From positions 1,632,001 through 1,696,000 of the forward strand of contig CAXXLV010000002.1 of NCBI GenBank assembly GCA_963664305.2: a stretch of DNA of 64,000 nucleotides, written 5' to 3'. How positions within the stretch are numbered: position 1 is the first letter of the stretch; every line of letters begins with the position of its first letter. The notes beneath the pieces were generated by a model, which did no database searches, was not told where the DNA came from, and worked only from the letters and a program-made list of their open reading frames with translations. This DNA is from an uncultured Aliarcobacter sp. (GTDB lineage Bacteria; Campylobacterota; Campylobacteria; Campylobacterales; Arcobacteraceae). Of this stretch, positions 11,110 to 18,749 are shown piece after piece. The position numbers were made by a program, and so were the translations under genes.

Positions 11110-12447
11110 CTAATACATTTGAATATCCTTTTCCATTTCTTTAATACTTTTATAAATTAATTTATTAAATATATATTCAATTTCATTAGATTTGACATTT
11201 TTCAAATTAAAAATATCAATTAATATCTCTCTTTTTTCATCTTTTGTTAAATCTGAAAAATTTGGTATATATTTTGTATTTGTTCTATTTTTTAAAATCT
11301 CAAAATAAGTTCGAATAAATTTTTTAACTTCTTTTTTATCATATTCAATATTGAATTTTTTAAACATATTTAATATAAAAGTATCTAATCTAAATAAAAG
11401 AGTGGTGTCATTGATTTGAGAGAAAAAATATAACCAACCATATTTTTTACCTTCAAATTTACAACCAGTAATTTTTAAATTTAATTTCCAATATAAAAAA
11501 TTTATATTTTGTTCTTTTGAATGTTTATACTGTGTGAAAATATTTATTATTGATGTATGCAAGTTATCGATAGAAGATTTTCTAACTGATATTAAATTAT
11601 TACTATATGAATAACCTAGGAAATAAAAAGTATCACTTAAACTTCCTATCTCAGTTTTATCTTTACTTTTCCCTATTTCATGTATTTTTAAATCTAAATT
11701 ATTCATATCATTTTCTAACAATTTAAATACACTAAATGTATCTTGTTTATTACATAGAATTAATATATCATCAACATATCTAAAGTATTCATAGTTTATT
11801 TGGGAAGAATGTTTCTTGTCAAATTCTATAAAATAAATTGAAGCAAGTATATTTGATATTGATAGTCCTTGAGGTACACCTTTGTTATTAGAATATTTTT
11901 CAATATATCTATTACTTTTATTTACCGTTTCTTGTTTTATTGATTTGATTAATAAATCTGTAAATTGAATTTTTTTAGTTCTTTTATATAGAAATTTAAC
12001 TAATATTTCATGATTTATAGAGGGATAAAAATTTTCTATATCCGTTTTAATATAGCTATCAAATTTACCACTTTGAATACTTGTTTTTATTTTATTTATT
12101 TTTGAATGAATTAATTCATTTGTTAATTCCTCTTCAAATATCTCATTCAATGTATTAAAAATAATTTTTAGTACTATTTTATCTCTTATTGTAGGAATTG
12201 AAATTATTCTTGGAAATTTATTTTTACCTTTTGAAATTAATTTTTCTTTATAAAATGAAAAATTATATGTTTTATTCAAAATTTTCCTATTTATTAATTC
12301 AAACTCAGAATTTTGTTTTTTTTCATAACTTTTAATATTTATGCCATCAATTCCTATTGATGGCTTATTCTTAATAGTATCATCAAAAACTTTTTTTATA
12401 TTTTTTATTTTGATATTTTTATTAAATATCCTGAATGGATATTTCAT
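11110..12447 (-). CDS. Reverse transcriptase, DRT10/UG17-like defence-associated RT
   Basis: GIDG; PRIISIPTIRDKIV; motif A KTDIENFYPSINH; motif B GVPQGLSISNILASIY; motif C YFRYVDDILI (YVDD at 11767-11778); FLGY; C-terminal YGWLYFFSQIND. The RT call is firm; the subfamily is inferred from the SLATT and ncRNA context. Confidence 0.9.
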   Translation of the reverse strand: MKYPFRIFNKNIKIKNIKKVFDDTIKNKPSIGIDGINIKSYEKKQNSEFELINRKILNKTYNFSFYKEKLISKGKNKFPRIISIPTIRDKIVLKIIFNTLNEIFEEELTNELIHSKINKIKTSIQSGKFDSYIKTDIENFYPSINHEILVKFLYKRTKKIQFTDLLIKSIKQETVNKSNRYIEKYSNNKGVPQGLSISNILASIYFIEFDKKHSSQINYEYFRYVDDILILCNKQDTFSVFKLLENDMNNLDLKIHEIGKSKDKTEIGSLSDTFYFLGYSYSNNLISVRKSSIDNLHTSIINIFTQYKHSKEQNINFLYWKLNLKITGCKFEGKKYGWLYFFSQINDTTLLFRLDTFILNMFKKFNIEYDKKEVKKFIRTYFEILKNRTNTKYIPNFSDLTKDEKREILIDIFNLKNVKSNEIEYIFNKLIYKSIKEMEKDIQMY

Positions 12448-13007
12448 TGAAAAGATATACTTACAATTAAAATAATAACTGGAAGTATGACTAAAAAGAA
12501 AAGTGTAACAAAATCTCTAATTTTATACATCCATCTTTTTACACTTTTTTCAAATGTCCATTTTCCATTAATTTCTTCATACTTTTTTTGGTTTCTAACT
12601 TCATGCATTACTTGTAAATAATCATTTTCCGAATGATTTTCTGTTAAACTAATTATCATATTATATTGATTTTTCAAATCACTATAATCTTCTTTATTAT
12701 TTTCTTTTTTGAGAATATCATCATATAATTTTGCCATCAGTACATATGATGTTTGAAGTATCAAGGCTCTTTCTTTATAATTCATTGCAAAAATAAAAAT
12801 TGATACTATAACTATCAATATAGATAAAATTAATGTTAATATTTCAAAATTTATATTTTCACATTTAATATCAACAATAGTAATTGCAATTATAAAAAAA
12901 GAATAATATGCAATCAATATTTGAGAAATTAAATCATTTCTCTTAAATCTTTCAGAAGTATTAATTCTAGATTTTCTTGTTTTCCATACATTATCACTAA
13001 AAGCCAT
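12444..13007 (-). CDS. SLATT-domain membrane protein (SLATT_5-like), putative effector
   Basis: N-terminal WKTRKSRINTSERF followed by two hydrophobic helices, a helical soluble segment ending in ENHSENDY, and a C-terminal TM helix. AGGGA RBS; ATGA overlap with the RT gene. Confidence 0.75.
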   Translation of the reverse strand: MAFSDNVWKTRKSRINTSERFKRNDLISQILIAYYSFFIIAITIVDIKCENINFEILTLILSILIVIVSIFIFAMNYKERALILQTSYVLMAKLYDDILKKENNKEDYSDLKNQYNMIISLTENHSENDYLQVMHEVRNQKKYEEINGKWTFEKSVKRWMYKIRDFVTLFFLVILPVIILIVSISFQ

Positions 13008-13031
13008 ATAAAGTCCCTATTAAAGTTAAGA

Positions 13032-13159
13032 GTAAAGTTCCCAAAAAATTAGTTTAAAATGTCTTAAAATAAGACCTATAAATAAAATGTAAACATTTAT
13101 TAATTAGTTATGTTTCAAAAGTGAAACCTATCTTTTTGTAGAAAGATAAGGAACTTTAC
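13032..13159 (-). ncRNA. Putative RT-associated structured ncRNA (~128 nt)
   Basis: Perfect 10-bp terminal inverted repeat (gtaaagttcc 13032-13041 / ggaactttac 13150-13159) enclosing four hairpins, immediately upstream of SLATT-RT and just downstream of a TATAAT box. Confidence 0.75.
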
Positions 13160-13165
13160 ATGATT

Positions 13166-13171
13166 ATTATA
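13166..13171 (-). promoter_or_regulatory. Sigma70 -10 box for the ncRNA-SLATT-RT transcript
   Basis: TATAAT on the minus strand, 6 nt before the first G (13159) of the ncRNA terminal stem. The region is AT-rich, so a chance match is possible. Confidence 0.55.
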
Positions 13172-13310
13172 TTTTAAAACTAATAATAATTAAATAAAAA
13201 TTATTTTTATATCTAAAGTTTTATTTAATCAATTTTTTAAATAAAGTGAAAATACTAATTTTATTATTTATGATATATATCGAGAATGCAAAAACACCCT
13301 CAATATAAAA

Positions 13311-13913
13311 TTATTGTCTTTGTTTCATTTGATGATTTAAGAACTCTTCTTTACTAATATTTCCATCTTTATTAGTATCTATATCTGAAAATGATGGTTG
13401 ATTATCAATATTTTTCATCATTCTTCCTTCAGATAGTTTTTCTTCCATTCTTTTCTCTCTAGCTTCTTCCATCTCTTTAGTACTAATCATTCCATCATGA
13501 TTCATGTCATAATTTTCAAAACTTGGCATATTAAAATGTTGTCCCATTCCTTGACCCATCATACCTTGCCCAAAGCCTTTGTTTCCTTGATTAAGTTGCA
13601 TTTGTTTATTTTGACCTTTTAATAACTCTATTTCAGTCAATTTTCCATCTTTATTTGTATCAAACATACTAAAATCTGGAGCATTATCTATATTTCTCAT
13701 AGGCATTCCTGCTTCTTGTTTTTGCTCCATTCTTTGTAGTCTAATATCATTGAACTCTTTTTCACTTACAAATCCATCTTTATTTGTATCATAAGTTGAG
13801 AATTCTATCGGACCTCGATTTGATATATCTTCTGCATTAACAGTGCTTATCATAATAGATAAAGAACTAGCAACAACTAAACCTAATTTAACTGTTCGTG
13901 ATAAATTTTTCAT
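13311..13913 (-). CDS. Secreted EF-hand repeat protein
   Basis: Four DxNxDG loops (DTNKDGFVS, DTNKDGKLT, DMNHDGMIS, DTNKDGNIS); signal peptide ending VNA-E; an AGGA RBS supports the ATG at 13913. Confidence 0.8.
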   Translation of the reverse strand: MKNLSRTVKLGLVVASSLSIMISTVNAEDISNRGPIEFSTYDTNKDGFVSEKEFNDIRLQRMEQKQEAGMPMRNIDNAPDFSMFDTNKDGKLTEIELLKGQNKQMQLNQGNKGFGQGMMGQGMGQHFNMPSFENYDMNHDGMISTKEMEEAREKRMEEKLSEGRMMKNIDNQPSFSDIDTNKDGNISKEEFLNHQMKQRQ

Positions 13914-13982
13914 TATCTCATCCTTTTTATTTAGATGATTCATTCTACTCTTTATTTAATATAATTACCATAACTTAATTTA

Positions 13983-15275
13983 TTATTTTAAAACGACTTT
14001 TACTTTATCTAAACTATTTGTGTTAGCAAAGTCATTTATAAGAGTTGCTAATTGTAAAACATCACTATTTTTCATTCTAATACAACCAGCTGATTCATTT
14101 GTACCAATTGTTTTTTCATTTAAAGTTCCATGTATTCTATATGTACTTTTTCCATCAACAATATGCGTAAGATTTATTTTAGCTGCACCCATATAGTTAT
14201 ATTTATCTCCAGGAGGTACAACAGAAGGAAGATTTATTCCTCTTTTTCTAAAACTTTTTATTGTATCAGCTGTTGGATACCAAACTGGGTTTAAAGAAAT
14301 TTGAGAGATTTTTCCAACACCAAAAGGTTTTTTTACATCATCTTTTCCAGTTGAAACTCTGTAAGTTTTTATCTCTTTTAAATGGTCATCTATTTGAGCT
14401 TTTACTGTCATATAATTTGTAACAGAATTTACTTCAATAATAAGTTGTTGATAATCTGAAATATTTGCTTCAATATCTTCTTCAACTTCTTTTAAAGGTG
14501 TAGGTTTAATTTCTTCTTTTTTAGGTATCTCTTTTTTGATTACTTTTGGTTTTTCATAACTTTTTGTGATTTTTTGAACTTTTTCTTTTTTTTCAAGTTG
14601 CTCATTCGCTCTATCAAATTCATCCATACTGATTTGTCTTAACTCTTCTTCGTATGAAGCAATTTTTTCATCATTTTCTTTTTCTTCTTTAGCACTCTCT
14701 TCTTTTGCTAAAGGTACAACCTCCTCTTTTATTTCTGGTTTTTCTTCCACATCTTCATCATCTACAAATCTTTTTCCCTCAGCAAATGGATAAGAACTAA
14801 CTAATTTAAACTCTTCTGTATTTGGAACAGCAGAAACCAAAGGAAACTCTTCTACTTTTTTTAAAGGAACAGTTACTTCATTTTCTTTTGGTATTACTGT
14901 TTCAACTATTTCTTGTTGAATTACTGAATCTTCTAAATCAATATAAACTTTTTTATTGTTCTCTTTTAATTTTAATACTTTTTCTTCTAACTCTTTTACA
15001 TAAGGTTTTTGTTGTTTTACATAAGTTGAAGAATTTTTTATAGTTTGATTAGCAATTTTTTTATCATCATAAACATTTAAATATGTAAAATATCTATTCT
15101 TATCTTTTACAATAAGTACTTCTGCATTCATACTATCTAGTATTCGTTTTTTACAAGTTAATGCATTTTCTAGATTTGAAGTTACACAAACTGAAATAGT
15201 ATATTTTTGCGTATTTGCAAAAACAAAAGAACTATTAAAAATAATAAATAATAAAGTTAAAATTTTTCTAATCAT
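13983..15275 (-). CDS. L,D-transpeptidase (YkuD family)
   Basis: YRIHGT...ESAGCIRMKN catalytic motif; signal peptide; Glu/Lys-rich linker. Confidence 0.85.
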   Translation of the reverse strand: MIRKILTLLFIIFNSSFVFANTQKYTISVCVTSNLENALTCKKRILDSMNAEVLIVKDKNRYFTYLNVYDDKKIANQTIKNSSTYVKQQKPYVKELEEKVLKLKENNKKVYIDLEDSVIQQEIVETVIPKENEVTVPLKKVEEFPLVSAVPNTEEFKLVSSYPFAEGKRFVDDEDVEEKPEIKEEVVPLAKEESAKEEKENDEKIASYEEELRQISMDEFDRANEQLEKKEKVQKITKSYEKPKVIKKEIPKKEEIKPTPLKEVEEDIEANISDYQQLIIEVNSVTNYMTVKAQIDDHLKEIKTYRVSTGKDDVKKPFGVGKISQISLNPVWYPTADTIKSFRKRGINLPSVVPPGDKYNYMGAAKINLTHIVDGKSTYRIHGTLNEKTIGTNESAGCIRMKNSDVLQLATLINDFANTNSLDKVKVVLK

Positions 15276-15428
15276 AATTATATTTTACTCTTTCTATCGA
15301 TTTGTTGGTATTTTACCTTTTAATTGTTGTAAATTTATTTATATTCTTATGATAAATATACTAAAATTTATCATTTAATATAATAACTATGTTAAACTTC
15401 CACTTTCAAAATAATTAACAATATAAGG

Positions 15429-16655
15429 ATGTTCATGTTCACTGATGATGATTTTATTGAACTTAACTCAAAATTTTACACAACTTGTAAACCTCAATCA
15501 AGAATTTTTACACTACTTACTGTACCTGCTGCTTTATTTGCAATTGTATTAGTATGTTATTTAGGATTTTTGCCTTTAAAAGTTGAAATTCACAGTGTTG
15601 TTTTAATCGGTTTTATATTTTTCATTTACCTATTCTTTGTAAAACACAATGCCTATTTTGTTTCTTGTAAATTTAAAACTCAATATTCAGAATTGGTTTT
15701 TTATCTAAAAGAATATATCAATAAAAACTTATTAACAATTGGTGAAACAACTAAAGCAAATGGAAGTGTTGATGACTTTTTAAAAGACTATACAAGTAAT
15801 ATAAGAAATACAAATTTCTCTTCAATCGCTTCTGGAATTTTCCCAACACTAGGAATTTTAGGAACATTTATCTCTATTGCATTTAGTATGCCTGATTTTA
15901 CTTCTGGAACAACAAGTGCTTTAGAATCTGAAATTTCAAAACTTTTAGGTGGAGTTGGAACTGCCTTTTATGTTTCAATTTATGGTATTTTCTTATCAAT
16001 TTGGTGGATATTCTTTGAAAAAATTGGAATGAGTAGATTTGACCATGATACTTTTGTAATCAATGAAAATACTAAACATTTTTTCTGGACAAAAGTTGAT
16101 ATTGAATCAATTCACATAAAAAGTAATTTAGATAACTTTACAAAAATGAGTGAAGTATTTAATCAATTAACATCAAGCAATATTTTAGAAAATATTAACT
16201 CTTCAATCGAACATAGATTTGAAGTTTTAGAAGAGATATTAAAAAAAGAGCTAATTTTATCTTCTAAAATTGCAGAAAATATTGATAATAATGAAAGATT
16301 ATCAATGATGTTAAAAGATATGACTTTAAATATGCAAACGACAATAAAAAGCTTTGAAAAACAAAAAGATTTATATGCTTTAAATGCAGAATTATTAAAT
16401 GCAAATATTGAAAAATTAAATTCTCACATGGGGAACTTAAGTTCAGATAATTTAAAAGCAATTTATACAAATATTGTAAAAAGTATCGAAACTATGAAAA
16501 GTGATATGGAAAAAATTGAATGGAAATTTAAACAAGGTCTTGAAGAGTATGATGAAAATATTACTTTTAGATTGAAAAACTCTCTTGAGTTAATAGATGA
16601 AGAGACTACAAAAATCATAAAAGATTTTAAAGAATTTAAAGAAATATCAAAGTAG
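15429..16655 (+). CDS. MotA/TolQ/ExbB-family membrane protein with a long cytoplasmic helical tail (ZorA-like architecture)
   Basis: FPTLGILGTFISI...LLGGVGTAFYVSIYGIFLS channel motif, followed by a ~200-aa helical tail. Confidence 0.75.
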   Translation: MFMFTDDDFIELNSKFYTTCKPQSRIFTLLTVPAALFAIVLVCYLGFLPLKVEIHSVVLIGFIFFIYLFFVKHNAYFVSCKFKTQYSELVFYLKEYINKNLLTIGETTKANGSVDDFLKDYTSNIRNTNFSSIASGIFPTLGILGTFISIAFSMPDFTSGTTSALESEISKLLGGVGTAFYVSIYGIFLSIWWIFFEKIGMSRFDHDTFVINENTKHFFWTKVDIESIHIKSNLDNFTKMSEVFNQLTSSNILENINSSIEHRFEVLEEILKKELILSSKIAENIDNNERLSMMLKDMTLNMQTTIKSFEKQKDLYALNAELLNANIEKLNSHMGNLSSDNLKAIYTNIVKSIETMKSDMEKIEWKFKQGLEEYDENITFRLKNSLELIDEETTKIIKDFKEFKEISK

Positions 16656-16661
16656 TAAAAA

Positions 16662-17693
16662 ATGTACAATAAAGAACAAAAAAATGATGAAAACTTTTGG
16701 ATATCTTATGCCGATTTAATGGCAGGATTACTTTTTGTATTCATCTTAGTAATTGGAGCTATTGTAATAAAATATGTTTATACACAAAGTAATTTAGAAA
16801 AAGAAAAAGCAGCTTTAAACTCAAGTGAAGAGGCAAAATCAAAACTTTTTTATGAATTAGCAAAAGCAAAAAATCTATACGAAACTACAAAAAGTGATTT
16901 AGATAAAGCAGCATCTGAACTAAAAGATAAAGATAATAAAATCTCTTTAAATCTTGCAGAAATTGAAAAATTAAAAGCTTTACTTTTAGAGTATGAATTA
17001 AATGTAAAAGATGAAAAAAGTAAAAATGAGAAGTTATCAGCAGAATTAACTGAAAAAACAAATATGATTAGTTTAAAAGATGAAGAGTTAACTATGCTTG
17101 CTGATAAGTTATTAGTTCAAACACAAATTCATCAAAAAATGGTTGAAGAGTTTGATATAGCAAAAATCAAAATCAAAAACTTAACAGGTATAAAATTAAC
17201 TGTTATTGCAAAACTAAAAGAAAAACTTGGAAAATCAATTAATATAGATGAAAAAAGTGGAGCTATAAAATTCTCTTCAAATATTTTATTTGACCAAAAC
17301 TCTTATATTTTAAAAGAAGATGCAAAAAAAGAACTAAGTAATACTCTAAAAAAATATTTGAATACTTTGCTTGGCGATAAAGAGATGAAAAAATATATTG
17401 AAAGTATTACTATTGAAGGACATACAAATAGTGATGGAACTTATCTTTCAAATCTTTCATTATCTCAACAAAGAGCACACGCAGTTATGCAGTTTTTATA
17501 TGATTCTAATATCATAGATAAAAATCTTTTATCAACTTATGTAAATTCAAGTGGAAGATCTTCTTCTGATTTGATTTTAAATAAAGACGGAGTTGAAGAT
17601 AAAGATGCTTCAAGAAGAATAGAGATTAAATTTACAATAAAAAATGAAGAAGCTATAAGAGAAATTCAAAATTATTTAGGTGAGAAAAAATAA
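16662..17693 (+). CDS. MotB/OmpA-family protein (ZorB-like)
   Basis: FWISYADLMAGLLFVF (conserved Asp in the TM helix), coiled coil, and peptidoglycan-binding domain IEGHTN...NLSLSQQRA...SRRIEI. Confidence 0.85.
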   Translation: MYNKEQKNDENFWISYADLMAGLLFVFILVIGAIVIKYVYTQSNLEKEKAALNSSEEAKSKLFYELAKAKNLYETTKSDLDKAASELKDKDNKISLNLAEIEKLKALLLEYELNVKDEKSKNEKLSAELTEKTNMISLKDEELTMLADKLLVQTQIHQKMVEEFDIAKIKIKNLTGIKLTVIAKLKEKLGKSINIDEKSGAIKFSSNILFDQNSYILKEDAKKELSNTLKKYLNTLLGDKEMKKYIESITIEGHTNSDGTYLSNLSLSQQRAHAVMQFLYDSNIIDKNLLSTYVNSSGRSSSDLILNKDGVEDKDASRRIEIKFTIKNEEAIREIQNYLGEKK

Positions 17694-17824
17694 TGGAAAT
17701 ATCAAAAGAGCATCTTTATAAACCTCAAAATTTAGAAGAGTTATCAAAAGAGGTAAAAGAAAAGATTGAAAAAAAGAGATTATCTTTTTTTCAAAAACTT
17801 TTCAGATTTTTATTTAGAAAATAA
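17693..17824 (+). CDS. Small hypothetical protein (43 aa) with an amphipathic C-terminus; not in the ORF track
   Basis: TAATG coupling to the MotB-like gene; translates to MEISKEHLYKPQNLEELSKEVKEKIEKKRLSFFQKLFRFLFRK*. Confidence 0.45.
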   Translation: MEISKEHLYKPQNLEELSKEVKEKIEKKRLSFFQKLFRFLFRK

Positions 17825-18740
17825 AATCTTCTATATTCTGAGCAACCATTTCTACAAGTCTAGTTCTAGCTTCAATACTTGCCCAACCAATATGTGGAGT
17901 TAATAAAAGTCTATCTTTGTTTTTAACTTTTAAAAGAGGATTTGACTCTTCAATTGGTTCTTTATTAACAACATCAATCCCACAATAAATCTCTTTTTCA
18001 TCTATAAGTTTTGCCAAATCATTTTCATTGATAATTCCACCACGACCAAGATTTAGTAAAATTGCACCTTTTTTCATATTTTTCATGTTTTCATAATTTA
18101 ATAAATCTTTTGTATTTTCATTTAAAGGTGCGTGAATAGAGATAATATCACTTGTTTTTAATAACTCATCAAGACTTGCTTGTTTATATTCACTATTTGA
18201 ATTTTTTCCACTTGTTGAAAAATAAACTACTTCACAATCAAAAGCTCGTGCTTTTTTTGCTAAATTTCGACCTATTTCACCAAGACCAATAATTCCTACT
18301 CTTTTTTTATCAAGTTCATAAAATGGTTCATCTATATGTGTAAAAATTTTTGATTTTTGCCATTTCCCCTCATCTACATAAGATTTATAATAATTTAATT
18401 TTTGAACAAAATAAAAAATCATTGAAAATGCAACTTGAACAACACTTGAAGTTGAATATCCAGCTACATTTTTTACTTCAATATCTTTTTCTTTTGCATA
18501 AACTAAATCTACATTATTCGTTCCTGTTGCAGTTATACAAATAAGTTTTACATTTGAATCATCCATTTCATCTTTACCAATAACAACTTTATTAGTAAGA
18601 ACTATATCTGCATCTTTTATTCTTTCTTTTGTTTTTTCTTTTTTTGTTACATCATAAGAAGTAACTTCTCCATATTTTTCAAAAATAGAAACATCAATAT
18701 CAAAACCTAAAGTTGCCCTATCTAAAATTACTATTTTCAT
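17814..18740 (-). CDS. D-2-hydroxyacid dehydrogenase
   Basis: GIIGLGEIG Rossmann motif, HAPL, LNLGRGG, LTPHIGW. Confidence 0.9.
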   Translation of the reverse strand: MKIVILDRATLGFDIDVSIFEKYGEVTSYDVTKKEKTKERIKDADIVLTNKVVIGKDEMDDSNVKLICITATGTNNVDLVYAKEKDIEVKNVAGYSTSSVVQVAFSMIFYFVQKLNYYKSYVDEGKWQKSKIFTHIDEPFYELDKKRVGIIGLGEIGRNLAKKARAFDCEVVYFSTSGKNSNSEYKQASLDELLKTSDIISIHAPLNENTKDLLNYENMKNMKKGAILLNLGRGGIINENDLAKLIDEKEIYCGIDVVNKEPIEESNPLLKVKNKDRLLLTPHIGWASIEARTRLVEMVAQNIEDFIF

Positions 18741-18749
18741 ATTTATCCT

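Noticed and set aside
11110..12447. Group II intron, DGR or CRISPR-associated RT
   Set aside because: There is no room for or sign of intron RNA domains, no TR/VR repeat pair, and no cas genes or array in the window.
13045..13060. Hidden Neo-like endless ORF (as in DRT2) in the predicted concatemer
   Set aside because: (AAAATTAGTTT)n has an 11-nt unit, so translation cycles through all frames, and it hits TAA/TAG stops on both strands.
13047..13109. 55-nt rolling template bounded by the AATTAGTT direct repeats
   Set aside because: The repeat is better explained as part of the duplicated structural module. Copying it would require melting two hairpins, and the unit is not a multiple of 3.
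11110..13159. Retron interpretation (terminal inverted repeat as a1/a2)
   Set aside because: The RT shows neither the retron NAxxH nor the VTG signature, and the RNA has four short hairpins rather than a long msd stem. SLATT association fits UG17/DRT10 better. Not fully excluded without a phylogeny.
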